NCBI GenBank assembly: GCA_965206695.1
Contig: CBDBKM010000013.1
Location: forward strand, 167,961 to 231,960
Direction of reading: 5' to 3'
Source: Chlamydiales bacterium
GTDB lineage: Bacteria; Chlamydiota; Chlamydiia; Chlamydiales; JAAZZY01
DNA length: 64,000 nt
Of this stretch, positions 21,086 to 31,847 are shown in pieces; position 1 is the stretch's first letter, and every line of letters starts with the position of its first letter. The notes below the pieces were generated by a model, which worked only from the letters and a program-made list of their open reading frames with translations, made no database searches and had not been told where the DNA came from. Both the position numbers and the translations under genes were made by a program.

Positions 21086-21086
21086 T

Positions 21087-21665
21087 ATGTTAATTTTAGG
21101 TTCCCAATCTCCAAGAAGAAAAGAAATATTACAATTTTTCTCAATTCCTTTTACTCAGGCGCATCCGAGTTTTGATGAAAACAGCATACTTTTTAAAAAA
21201 AATTCCGCTGCCTATGTCCAAATTTTATCAGAAGGTAAAGGAAAATCTCTAGCCGGTTTTTTTCCAAAAAGAATCATTCTTACTGCTGATACCGTTGTAT
21301 CTTATAAAGATAAGGTCTTAGGGAAGCCTCGACATGAAGAAGAAGCTATTGAGTCCTTATCCTTACTTTCAGGGAAATGGCATAAAGTCCTTACTGCTGT
21401 TACCTTGACAAAAGGTTCAAAAATATTTACAGAGGTAGAAGAGACCAACGTATTGTTTAATCCCTTTTCTTTAGCGGATATAAAGCAATATTATCAAAGA
21501 TTATCCTGTGAGGACAAAGCAGGCGCCTATGCAATACAAGGAGCGGGAAGTGTTATTGTAAAAAAAATCGAAGGGTGTTTCTATAATGTGATGGGTCTAC
21601 CCATTAATGCTGTGTTTAGATTACTTAGGTCTTTTGAGATTAACCTACTGGACTTTTTAAAGTGA
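21087..21665 (+). CDS. maf: Maf family nucleotide pyrophosphatase
   Basis: LILGSQSPRR, TADTVV, DKAGAYAIQG, NVMGLP; true ATG at 21087. Confidence 0.95.
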   Translation: MLILGSQSPRRKEILQFFSIPFTQAHPSFDENSILFKKNSAAYVQILSEGKGKSLAGFFPKRIILTADTVVSYKDKVLGKPRHEEEAIESLSLLSGKWHKVLTAVTLTKGSKIFTEVEETNVLFNPFSLADIKQYYQRLSCEDKAGAYAIQGAGSVIVKKIEGCFYNVMGLPINAVFRLLRSFEINLLDFLK

Positions 21666-23398
21666 AAAAATGCCTGACTTTTTTAATGCTATGTTTCTTG
21701 TGTGGTTGTACTTATAAGCCGTCTATTTTCTATGATTTGTCCGAACCTTCTAAGCTATCTTCTAGTGTCCTTGATGAAGAATGTACGGATCCCTCTCAAA
21801 TATTTAATCTCATCCGTAACGGGAATATCGATGAAGCTTTGTATTACTACCATAAGCAAGTGCAAATATCCGGGAGCCACGATAATGAATTAATCCAATA
21901 CTTAGGTTATCGGATTTTAGAACAAGCTAAACAAATTAATGATCCTGAAACACAACTAATTACTATTTTTAGTGCAGGTATTACCGGTAACGACACCTTA
22001 CTTCCCATTATTCAAGAAGGCCTTAAAAGTGATCATTTGCAAGTACAACTAGCTTCTATACATGCTATTGCCATGATAGAAGGTGACCAAGCATCTGAAA
22101 CATTAATTAAACATGCCTTTAAATCAAACTACCTTATTACTCGTCTAGAAGCCGCCCGTTTATTAGCTAAGCAACAACACCCTGCAGCCTCAGAACAAAT
22201 TGAGGGTTTGATGCATAAATTAGACAGTAATTGGAGATACCTATTCCCTCAGTTATTTGCTCTAGTAGGTGACGCTAAATCCTCATCTATTTTTAAAAGA
22301 ATGCTCAATGATCATGATGAGGCGACTCGAATAGAAGCCATTCTTTGTGCTGCTCGATTTTATCGCGATGACTTTGCACCCGATATTAGAGTAATAGCAA
22401 CGCACCTTAATCTTCTTCAACAAGAAGCTTGCGCATTTGCGCTGGGAACTTTGCGGGATAAAAAAGCGGAAGGAATACTCATAGAAATGCTTGATTCACC
22501 TTCTCAATACGTATCTTTAGCGGCTCTTCAAGCATTGTATCAAATAGGTAAAACAGATGTGTTATCCAAAATTATTGAAATAGCTGAAACAGGAAACCTT
22601 TTTGCTATAACCATCTTAGGAAAAATGCCGGGATCTGAAATAGCTCTTATCGAATTAGCCCAAAATCACAATCAACAGATTAGATTAAATGCCTCTTTAG
22701 CTTTACTGGAATTAAATGACTCGAACTGCCTATCAGGATTAAAAGAATTCTTAATTAATCATTCTGAGACATTTGCTATTGAACAGATCGCCACTCCATC
22801 AAAAGCTTTAGGAGCGATGAAGTTCGGAGTAAATGTGCATTCCTTTTTGCATGACTCGGCTCAACAAAAAGAGATTACAACCCGATTAAAGGAACAATTA
22901 TTAATTAAAGCCGCAAACTTACCTGAACCCGAATTTTTAGAACTGGCAATTGAAATTTTTAATAATAAGCAAAATGATCTCGTCCCTCTTTTAGTTGAAA
23001 TTCTTCAAAGCCACTACTCTGAAGATGTAGCCATACTGCTTAAGGAACAACAACAAAGAGTAGGAGCTCCTCTAATACGAGCTTATTGTAATTTAGCCCT
23101 TTATCGATTAAAAGAGCCCGGTCCCTGGAAACAAAATCTCATGAATTGGTTTATGCAAGAGACGATGATGGATACCATGCAAATTCGTCCTGTTATTCCT
23201 ATGAACAACCACAACTTATCCTCCTCATATTATAATCTAACTCCTGAAGAATCTGCACGTTTACTAATCGATTCTTTTTTAGCTCTTGCTATGAGCAAAG
23301 ATGATTTTGGAATTGATACCCTTTTAAGGGCGCTACAACTGTCGAATATAAAAAATAAATTTGCTTTAGCCGGCTTATTAATACGTGCTGCCGAATAA
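21662..23398 (+). CDS. HEAT-repeat putative lipoprotein, conserved chlamydial
   Basis: Signal peptide with LCGC lipobox-like motif, HEAT-like repeats, follows maf. Confidence 0.75.
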   Translation: MKKCLTFLMLCFLCGCTYKPSIFYDLSEPSKLSSSVLDEECTDPSQIFNLIRNGNIDEALYYYHKQVQISGSHDNELIQYLGYRILEQAKQINDPETQLITIFSAGITGNDTLLPIIQEGLKSDHLQVQLASIHAIAMIEGDQASETLIKHAFKSNYLITRLEAARLLAKQQHPAASEQIEGLMHKLDSNWRYLFPQLFALVGDAKSSSIFKRMLNDHDEATRIEAILCAARFYRDDFAPDIRVIATHLNLLQQEACAFALGTLRDKKAEGILIEMLDSPSQYVSLAALQALYQIGKTDVLSKIIEIAETGNLFAITILGKMPGSEIALIELAQNHNQQIRLNASLALLELNDSNCLSGLKEFLINHSETFAIEQIATPSKALGAMKFGVNVHSFLHDSAQQKEITTRLKEQLLIKAANLPEPEFLELAIEIFNNKQNDLVPLLVEILQSHYSEDVAILLKEQQQRVGAPLIRAYCNLALYRLKEPGPWKQNLMNWFMQETMMDTMQIRPVIPMNNHNLSSSYYNLTPEESARLLIDSFLALAMSKDDFGIDTLLRALQLSNIKNKFALAGLLIRAAE

Positions 23399-23499
23399 TT
23401 TTTAATCTTGCAAAACATCTTTATATTTTCTTTATTTTAGTTTGATATATACTTTAAATAAAGTAAAATTAACGAATTTTAAATATTTAAGGAGAAAGT

Positions 23500-23916
23500 A
23501 TGTCATTAATTGCTTCTAAACTTCCTACACTTAGTCATATCCCTTTGTTAAAAGCTGATCGGTCTGAAACAAACACTTCGACTAAACCTGAGAATACAAG
23601 AACTGTCACCGTCCTAAATCCAGCTACCATCTATGAACAAGGAGATACGCTCGATGTCGTTACAAAACTTGTACTGGGGTGCGGCCATTTGACTGCCGGA
23701 GTATTAGGAATGAGCGCCTTTGTATTCCTCTGTACTGCATATCTAGGATTGGCCGCTACAAGTCTCACAACAGCTCCATCACTAGCTATTGTAAGAAATG
23801 TTGTAGATGCAGGAACAACTCTGTTAGGTGCAGCCCTTTGTAAAAGAATTGCTGACGTAGGCTTCTTTCAAATAAAAGAAGCCTTCATAGACAACAACAT
23901 GTCACGACTCTTCTAA
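23500..23916 (+). CDS. Hypothetical membrane protein (Inc-like hydrophobic region)
   Basis: 138 aa, AAGGAG SD, S/T/P-rich N-terminus and a long hydrophobic stretch. Confidence 0.6.
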   Translation: MSLIASKLPTLSHIPLLKADRSETNTSTKPENTRTVTVLNPATIYEQGDTLDVVTKLVLGCGHLTAGVLGMSAFVFLCTAYLGLAATSLTTAPSLAIVRNVVDAGTTLLGAALCKRIADVGFFQIKEAFIDNNMSRLF

Positions 23917-24060
23917 GGGAGCATCTGAATAAGTGGTTAAAAATAGCTTGATAGGTTAAAAGCTTTTTTTTAAAATAGTTTAACCATCTCTATCTTAAGT
24001 CTTCTAACTTTTTCTATACGTAAAAAACACTGAGATTGGAAAAGTTTTTAAATGAAATGA

Positions 24061-24138
24061 TTTACCTTACGCACACCTTCTACTAAGCAGGCTACAGAAT
24101 CAAACGCTCTCTTTACGAGAGTGTGTGCGTAAGGTGAG
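24061..24138. repeat. Short IR-bounded element (MITE-like)
   Basis: 13-bp perfect IR ACCTTACGCACAC (24064-24076) / GTGTGCGTAAGGT (24123-24135). Confidence 0.55.
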
Positions 24139-24302
24139 TTATCTAAAATGAATTTACAGAAAAGGAGTGTTGCGATCCGGCTAAATTTCCAAGTATAGCT
24201 ATGCCTATATTCTGTCAAATTTTTCGGTTTGCAACATCAAATCGAAACAGTCCCATAAGGGATTAAGAAAAAACGCCTCACAGATTTTGATGTTATGCAC
24301 CC

Positions 24303-24778
24303 TCGTAATATCTCTCTAACTTTATTTTTCATATTAGCCCAATATTTTTCTATAGGATTTAAGTCCGGAGAATATGGAGGAAGAAACATAAGCTTACAAC
24401 CGGCAGATTCTACTATTTTCCTGCTTTCCGCTGACTTGTGAAAACTGGCATTGTTAAGAATAAGAACACTACCGGGTGTAAGCTGAGGAGTCAAAACTTC
24501 CTTAAGCCAAATATTGAATAACCCGGTATTTCTTATAAGCATATTTTCTGCGGATTGGTTTTAAATGTCCTTTTTGCTTTTTTTGCAAAATCCATCGATA
24601 ATTGTTGCAATACCTACTTGAAAAATATGGCCGGCTGTTTTTTTATCATGATGTTTTTCTATATGTTGTCATACTTTCTCTCGAAGATCTACTGAATAGG
24701 CTCTAGGCATTGTTTTGTCCTTACTGTTTGTATAAAAAAAGAAGGATAACATATTATCAAATAAAAATTAAAATACTA
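24303..24778 (-). mobile_element. IS630 type A, internally deleted (~390 bp) and truncated
   Basis: Identity to 31848-32782 with a deletion junction near 24530. Confidence 0.88.
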
Positions 24779-25144
24779 TATGCACCCTCTATAACTTCTT
24801 TAAATTCAGGAAAAAAATGATTCTAAATCCGATCTAACCGGACTCTTATTGTCAAAAGCATTAAATAATTATTTTAAACCCGGTAAAAACCACTATTTGA
24901 CTAAAAAAATCTTGTTAAGTATCAAATTCTTCTTTTCTAACCCCATCTCTCTAAAAAAACCTTATTAATCAGATGTTCCTAACTTATTCACTTCATTTGT
25001 TTTTTAGGGATAGCATCTAAGCTATCCCCTATCTTTTTTTTTCATCATTTTTTGAAATCCTTGTTAAAACCATAAAATCTTTGGACAATATTAGAAAAAC
25101 CTTTCTATAGTTGTTTTTTTCATTGAAACACCTATACCAATAAA

Positions 25145-27256
25145 ATGCGTTTGCTTGCTTTTTTCGTTTTCTTGTCTCTCTTTTCATTTGCCCGGGCTGA
25201 AGAACAGCACGCCGTCCATGTCGACTTACACTCTCCTTATTATGAAGATGGTGTTTTAACAACCAATAAGGGAGGCGTTTTAAAAGCTAAGAACATTCGC
25301 ATCCAGGCAAAAAACATTCAATATATTCGGAAAACAGTAGAAGGGAAACCCGTATTAGAAGTTGCAGCCTCTGATGACTTAATGGTTGAATGGGGAAAAC
25401 GTATCTTTACGGGTAAACGCCTTACCTTTGATTTTGTAGACAATAGTGGTGTCATCTATGAAGGAAGAACCCAGCAAGGAAGTTGGTTTTTAGGAGGAAG
25501 AAAAATCCTTTTAAAATCGAATGGCTCTTATAAAATCCGTGATATCTACGTGACCACATGTGAAAGTAGCCAGGGTGAATGGGCCATACGAGCTCGCAAT
25601 GCTAAAGTTAAAGATAAAGATCTATTATCAGCTAAAAATATTACCATTCGTTTCTTTAGATTCCCTATTTTTTGGTTTCCAATCTTTAAAATAAAACTAA
25701 GCAATTTGAAAGCTATACCTACTGAATACATTGCCAAAGCCGGAGGTGGCCAAGGAACATTCATGAGTATCCGCCAAGAAATTTATTCCCGAAGAGATTG
25801 GAAAACTTTTCTTCAGCTTGACTATTGGCTTAAACATGGTCCCGGTGGCTCTATCCAAACAGATTATAACGCAAGCAATCATCCAACAGATTTTCGAACG
25901 AACAATTTTTTAACATGGGATCTTAGAAATAAATCGACTTTTAAAGGATTAAGAGATCGTTTCACAGGAGAATTGAACTCCAAATTTTATAAAGATACAA
26001 TCACTTTGGATGCGCAATATGAAAAATTAAGTGACCCAAACGTTTTAGAAACCTATTTTAATCGTGACTATTTTCTTCAAACAGAGAGACATACCCATGT
26101 TGAACTTAGAATACGGGAAAATAGTTGGATATCAACATTACGTGGAAATATCCGTATTAATCCTTTTCAAACTGTCGCTCAACAACTACCGGGATTTGCT
26201 TTTCATATAAAGCCTATATCCATTAACAATAATCCTTTAATATTTGATGGAAGTTTGGAATTAGCTTACCTATCTCATGTTTTTGGAAGCGTAATCAAAC
26301 ACACCAAAGATCTTCGATCAACTCGTTATGAGATAAAACCTAACCTCTATTGTCCTATAAATTTAAAAGCAGTTACCGTTACCCCTCGAGCCGGCTTTAT
26401 CGGAATTCTTTATGGAAATAATCCTAATAATCAAACCGTGGGTCAAGCGATTGCTGATCTTTCAGTAGAGGCCAATCTCTTTCTAAGTCGCCGGCTCTCC
26501 GATAATTATAAACATGGTTGTCAACCATATGGCACCTATCGGTATCTTAGTAATCCCACTACTTTCAATCAAAATCATTTCATCTTTGATATGGACGATG
26601 CTTATGCTTTAGTGAATGAAATCCGATATGGGGTGAGGAATCAATTATACTATAAAAAAAATGGTCAGATCTATCATCCTCTCTTTCTTGATTTTTATGG
26701 CTATACGTTTTTAAATGATAGCGCCATAGGCTTTCATACACCCAAACTCTATTTGCACCTGGGCTCTAGTCTTGATTTTTTATACTCCGATGTAAGCCTG
26801 GCCTGGAATATCCAACATAATCTATTAGATCACGTTAATGTTCGTACAGACTGGACTATTTCATCTAATTTAGCGCTTGGCTTTCTATTTATGCATAGAG
26901 GAATCTATGACTATCGAAAAGCCGATAAGGAAAATTTCATTTTGGATCTCTATAGAGCGCAATCTGTTCTTTCAACTTCTTCTTTATCAGATCAAAGAGA
27001 CATTGTGCTGACCAGACTATATTGGCAATTTTTGCATGACTTTATATTAAAATTTGAATCCAGAACAGGATGGCATAGAAAATACGAACCCGGCTTTAAT
27101 GAATTAAGAGCTGATTTAACGATTTTCCTCACCTGTAATTGGCGAATCAAATTATCCTTTACGCATACGAAACAAGTTCCTATTCGCTTTAAAGCATCTG
27201 CTCAACTTGGAGGAAGACCTAAGAAAGAAAAACCTGAACGATTTATCTTTTGGTAA
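25145..27256 (+). CDS. LptD/OstA-like outer-membrane LPS-assembly protein
   Basis: Signal peptide, N-terminal TTC motif and beta-rich region, aromatic beta-barrel-like C-terminus. Confidence 0.7.
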   Translation: MRLLAFFVFLSLFSFARAEEQHAVHVDLHSPYYEDGVLTTNKGGVLKAKNIRIQAKNIQYIRKTVEGKPVLEVAASDDLMVEWGKRIFTGKRLTFDFVDNSGVIYEGRTQQGSWFLGGRKILLKSNGSYKIRDIYVTTCESSQGEWAIRARNAKVKDKDLLSAKNITIRFFRFPIFWFPIFKIKLSNLKAIPTEYIAKAGGGQGTFMSIRQEIYSRRDWKTFLQLDYWLKHGPGGSIQTDYNASNHPTDFRTNNFLTWDLRNKSTFKGLRDRFTGELNSKFYKDTITLDAQYEKLSDPNVLETYFNRDYFLQTERHTHVELRIRENSWISTLRGNIRINPFQTVAQQLPGFAFHIKPISINNNPLIFDGSLELAYLSHVFGSVIKHTKDLRSTRYEIKPNLYCPINLKAVTVTPRAGFIGILYGNNPNNQTVGQAIADLSVEANLFLSRRLSDNYKHGCQPYGTYRYLSNPTTFNQNHFIFDMDDAYALVNEIRYGVRNQLYYKKNGQIYHPLFLDFYGYTFLNDSAIGFHTPKLYLHLGSSLDFLYSDVSLAWNIQHNLLDHVNVRTDWTISSNLALGFLFMHRGIYDYRKADKENFILDLYRAQSVLSTSSLSDQRDIVLTRLYWQFLHDFILKFESRTGWHRKYEPGFNELRADLTIFLTCNWRIKLSFTHTKQVPIRFKASAQLGGRPKKEKPERFIFW

Positions 27257-27259
27257 TGA

Positions 27260-27754
27260 TTATCTTATAGGCGGTGGAGATGACTCCTTTCTCTTTTTTA
27301 TAATTCCTCGAATGATCCCATCTATAGAAACAAGCCCCGGACCAAATAATAACATAATAAGGCTAGCTGCCAAAAAGCTGAAATTAGGCGACATATAAAA
27401 AGATGCAGGATCAGATAACATGCTACCATATTCCATAGCATGAGCAAATATCGAAGCACCTATCATGGTTCCTGTCGTAAAAATAGCTGCTATTCGAGTA
27501 AACAATCCAAAAAAAATTAATACTCCCCCTACTGTTTCAATAGTAGCGACCAAGTATGCATTAAATACCGGAGCGCCAACTTCTAAACTCTCAAAGAAGA
27601 GAACAACGTGATCAATATGATCAAACTTCCCTGTGCCCACGATAAAAAAAAGATATCCCCAATATAAGTGAATGAATAGGAGAAAGATATGTTGAATAGA
27701 ATTTAAAAACCGCACTAAATAATTATAATAGCAGATTAAGCCTTGCATAATCAT
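27260..27754 (-). CDS. DoxX-family membrane protein
   Basis: GTGKF, ETVGG..GLFTR, GPGLVSID. Confidence 0.85.
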   Translation of the reverse strand: MIMQGLICYYNYLVRFLNSIQHIFLLFIHLYWGYLFFIVGTGKFDHIDHVVLFFESLEVGAPVFNAYLVATIETVGGVLIFFGLFTRIAAIFTTGTMIGASIFAHAMEYGSMLSDPASFYMSPNFSFLAASLIMLLFGPGLVSIDGIIRGIIKKRKESSPPPIR

Positions 27755-27882
27755 CTCCTCTTTTATTTTTTCTATACTTTATTTTTTGTTTCCTATCTAT
27801 AATTTTTATATGATTAATAGACATTTGATGGCTAAAAATGAATAAATAGATTAAAAAGGAAATAAAAAGACCCCCACAATTT

Positions 27883-29433
27883 ATGGAAAAAGATACCTCT
27901 TTTCACAACCCACTAGCTGAGGGATCAAGATCTAATAAACCAACAGATCCTTGTATCTTAGTCATTTTTGGAGTAACCGGAGACTTAACGGCCAGAAAAT
28001 TAATGCCGGCAATCTATAATCTTGCCCTAGAAGGGCAATTGCCGGCTAATTTTGCCTGTGTTGGAGTAGCAAGGAAGGAAAACACACAAGAACAATACCG
28101 TCAAAAATTACGAGAAGATGTAGATAAATACTCAAGGGCCTCTCCAATAGATGAAAGAGTATGGCAAAGTTTTAGTGAAAAACTATTCTACCGTCAATTT
28201 GAATTCGATAATGATAAAGGGTATAAACAGTTAAAGCAAACGCTAGAAAAATTTGACCGGCAATTTAATACCGAAGGCAACCGTATTTTTTATCTAGCCA
28301 CCCAACCAAGCTATTTCACCAACATTATCAAAAAACTTCACGAACATCAATTAATTTATGATCCTACCCAACCTTTAAAAAAATGGTCGCGCGTCATTAT
28401 TGAAAAACCGTTTGGTAATGACTATAATAGTGCCATCGAGCTCCAAAATGAAATCTCTCAATATCTTTCAGAACAACAAATTTATCGTATTGATCACTAT
28501 TTAGGAAAAGAGACAGTCCAAAATCTCTTAGTCTTTCGCTTTGCCAATTCTATTTTCGAAGCTATTTGGAATCGCAAATATATCGATTCTGTTCAAATGA
28601 CTGTTGGAGAAAATATTGGAATTGGAACGAGAGGACGTTTTTGGGAAGAGACGGGTTTATTACGTGATATGATACAAAATCATGTCAGCCAATTACTGTC
28701 TTTGGTTGCAATGGAACCCCCTGTTAGTCTTAGCGCTGACGCTATTAGAGACGAAAAAGTCAAAGTCTTGCAAGCTATACGCCCTATTGATATCGCTTAT
28801 TTCGATGACTATGTCGTCAGAGGACAATATGATAAAGGATATATACAAGGAGAAAGTGTATCCGCCTATCGAAACGAAGAAAATGTGGACTCCAACTCAT
28901 CAATGGAAACCTTTGTTGCCATGCAACTTTATATTGATAACTGGCGCTGGGCAAATGTTCCTTTCTTTATTCGCAGCGGGAAACGATTGCCTAAACGGGC
29001 AACCGAAATAGCTATTACCTTTACTGAAGTTCCGGGCATTCTCTTCCAACAGCGAAAGAAAACAAATGATCCGAATGTTTTGGTTATCAGGATTCAACCT
29101 AATGAAGGTATCTCTTTAACTATTAATTCAAAAGTACCGGCTTTTGCCAGTTCTATCCAACCTGTAAAAATGGATTTCCGCTATGGATCCTACTTTGGGC
29201 TTATTCCTCCCGAAGCATATGAACGATTGATTTGTGATTGTATCAGCGGTGATAGCACACTCTTTGCTCGTAATGATGAAGTCATCAATTCATGGCGCCT
29301 TTTGACCCCTATTTTGGATCATTGGAAAGAAAACAAGCCCGTTGGTTTCCCTAATTACCAAGCAGGTACCTGGGGACCTGCTGCTGCTGATGAAATGATT
29401 AGAAAAAAAGGCTATACTTGGCGAATATTGTAA
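27883..29433 (+). CDS. zwf: Glucose-6-phosphate 1-dehydrogenase
   Basis: GVTGDL, EKPFG, RIDHYLGKE, RDMIQNH, AYERL. Confidence 0.98.
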   Translation: MEKDTSFHNPLAEGSRSNKPTDPCILVIFGVTGDLTARKLMPAIYNLALEGQLPANFACVGVARKENTQEQYRQKLREDVDKYSRASPIDERVWQSFSEKLFYRQFEFDNDKGYKQLKQTLEKFDRQFNTEGNRIFYLATQPSYFTNIIKKLHEHQLIYDPTQPLKKWSRVIIEKPFGNDYNSAIELQNEISQYLSEQQIYRIDHYLGKETVQNLLVFRFANSIFEAIWNRKYIDSVQMTVGENIGIGTRGRFWEETGLLRDMIQNHVSQLLSLVAMEPPVSLSADAIRDEKVKVLQAIRPIDIAYFDDYVVRGQYDKGYIQGESVSAYRNEENVDSNSSMETFVAMQLYIDNWRWANVPFFIRSGKRLPKRATEIAITFTEVPGILFQQRKKTNDPNVLVIRIQPNEGISLTINSKVPAFASSIQPVKMDFRYGSYFGLIPPEAYERLICDCISGDSTLFARNDEVINSWRLLTPILDHWKENKPVGFPNYQAGTWGPAAADEMIRKKGYTWRIL

Positions 29434-29446
29434 CCCATTTATTTAC

Positions 29447-29716
29447 ATGGAAAAATCAGAAGACATCAAACCTTTAAATATTGAAGCTGAGTTAAACCGT
29501 ATCCGGGAAGACAAAGAACAAAAAAACAAAATTCGAGCTTCTCTTTTCAATCTTATCGTTTTTGTTAGCTATCAAAGACCCAATAATGAAAAAGTTATTA
29601 TAAATATATCTCCTGTTTGTAAGAAAAAAATCGCCCCGGGATCTATTATGTCTTTTGAAATAACATCTCAAGATGGTCATAGATTTACTTTTTCAAGGCT
29701 CATTGAAGAAGGGATT
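29447..29716 (+). pseudogene. OpcA-like G6PDH accessory protein, probably internally deleted, truncated by the IS200/IS605 element
   Basis: Position after zwf; IEAELNRI.E..IRASLFNLIV N-terminus; only ~90 codons before the element end. Confidence 0.6.
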
Positions 29717-29850
29717 TTGACAGCTCCCAACCCTAAAGGGAAGGGATTCCTAATTCATCGACCACTGCTAACAAACAAGCTAGTCTAACATGATCTCCAA
29801 AGGCTTAAATTACCGACTGCCCTGCGGTATCGAGATTAATAGATGCATTA
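29717..29850 (-). ncRNA. IS200/IS605 right end and predicted TnpB omega/reRNA scaffold (5' limit approximate)
   Basis: Minus strand GAATCCCTTCCCTTTAGGGTTGGGAGCTGTCAA: hairpin plus terminal TCAA directly downstream of tnpB. Confidence 0.7.
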
Positions 29851-31847
29851 AGATCTCTATCGTGTGTTACTTTGCAGTTTGGACACTGCCAACTTCTCAC
29901 ACTTAAATCTAAAATTTCTATTTGGTACCGGCAGGCAGAGCATAGTTTTGAACCGGCAAAAAATTGATCTAATTCCACTATATTTCTTCCGTACCATTCA
30001 CACTTATACTTTAAAAATGTTAAAAACCGGCTCCATCCTGCATCCGATATATGCTTGGAAAGTTTTTTATTTTTTAACATCTTATACTCATCACGAATAA
30101 ACCTCCGGATATTTTGTATTCGTATAGTGTAAATTATTTTGTATGAATTCATTTTTAACACTATCAGAAGAAAAGCATCTCAGACAGCAACATAAACGAG
30201 AAAAGAATGGTCGTATACGAGATCGTATCAAGGCTGTTCTATTGTCGAATAAAGGTTGGAGTAATACTCGTATTGCTGAAGCTGTGCTTTTAGACGATGA
30301 AACAGTGTCTCGTCACATTAAAGAATATCAAAATAAACAGCAATTGCATGTAGAAAGCGGTGGTTCAGTCAGTAAACTTCTTGCGCCACAGTCAGAAGAA
30401 TTCATTAAACATTTAACAACTCATACCTATGTCAAAGTAGAAGATATCTGTTCTTATGTTCTCGCGAAATATGGCATTGTTTATACGATTTCAGGGATGA
30501 CTTCTTGGCTACACTCACATGGTTTTTCCTATAAAAAGCCTAAAGGTACACCGGCTAAGGCAAATTCTGATCAACAAAAAGCTTGGATGCAATTTTACGC
30601 CAAGCTTATGGCATCTCTGCCTAAAAATGAGCCTGTTGAATTTGCTGATGGTGTACATCCAACTATGGCAACTAAAATTTCTTATGGTTGGATTCGACCG
30701 GGAACAGATAAATTGATTGCAACAACAGCTTCTCGTACTCGAATGAATCTTATGGGGTCTATCAATTTAAACAGTATGAAGGTAACAATAGATGCTTATG
30801 AAACATTAAATAGCGGTACCACGGCAAAGCATTTTGCTTTGCTACGGTCAAAATACCCCTCAGCTCCAAATATCCATCTTATTTTAGATCAAGGCCCTTA
30901 TAATACAAGTATTCAGACCAAACAAGAAGCAGAAAAACAAGGTATTATTCTCTATTATTTACCTTCTTACAGTCCTAACCTCAATCCCATTGAACGATTA
31001 TGGAAAGTGATGAATGAATATTGTCGCAATAATCGGTTTTTTAATTCTGCTAAAGAATTTCGGAGATCGATTACCGGATTTTTTGAAAATACTTGGCCCT
31101 CTATTGCTCAATCAATGAGGACACGAATCAATGATCATTTTCAAGTCTTAGAATCGGCACTTTGATTCATAAGGGGTATATTAATATTTAACCTTTCTAT
31201 CGTGATCGTTTGGTTTTCACGAGCCAACTTTGTAGAAAGTTTATGATGAAAGTCCTGCCTTATATTTTTTATCTTCGAATGTATCGAAGCCACCGATCTT
31301 CTTTTTTTGAGTCTGTTTTTACCTTTGACTTTAGCTTTGCTAAGAGAACGTTGTTTTCTTTTTAGTCTTTTCTTATGAAATCTAAAAGGTTTAGGTGCCG
31401 TAATCTTTTTCCCTGTAGAAAGAGTTGCGAATGTCGTTAATCCTAAATCTATACCGACAGAATTATTTCTCTTCTCAAAAGGGATCACTTCTTCTTCTAC
31501 TAATAGGCTCACAAAATACCTGTCACAAGAGTCTTTTGTGATTGTTATACCTGTTGGTGTACCTAAAAAACACCTTGACCAATGTATTTTTAATCTATCT
31601 TTAGATTTTGCAATCTTAAGATTAACCCCATCCCAACTAAATGCTGACTTAGTTAATCGTATTGCCTGCATACTGTGTTTGTTTTTAAAGCGAGGGAAAT
31701 TTGACCTTTTTTTAAAAAAGTTTAAAAAAGCTCTATCAAGATCTCTAAGACTTTGTTGCAGACAAACAGAAGAAACTTCGTTTAACCAAAGAAACTCTTT
31801 GTTTTGCTTAAGACTTGTCAAGAATGCCGATGTTTTAGAATAACTTA
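29805..31847 (-). pseudogene. tnpB: TnpB RNA-guided endonuclease, split by IS630 type B, N-terminus lost at IS630 type A
   Basis: GIDLG, TIERL, CSAC..CPNC, DRDLNA; removing 30085-31178 and one TA gives in-frame IERLNINKMLKNKKLSKHISDAGW. Confidence 0.92.
30085..31178 (+). mobile_element. IS630-family element type B, intact 340-aa transposase (30143-31165)
   Basis: FADGVHP, ILDQG, PSYSPNLNPIERLW; TA duplication. Confidence 0.95.

Larger units (their letters stand above)
23917..24978 (+). mobile_element. Decayed IS5-family remnant hosting a MITE and a deleted IS630
   Basis: End GGGAGCATCTGAATAAG; RKKTLRLEKFLNEM and KKNASQILMLCTLYNF resemble IS5 N- and C-termini; CTAA on both flanks; ends recur at 35341-35526 and 37265-37352. 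Confidence 0.6.

Noticed and set aside
21009..21086. N-terminal extension MLKMNSYKII... on Maf (also on the 29805-30161 ORF)
   Set aside because: It is the reverse strand of the IS630-B end, identical at both sites, not host coding sequence
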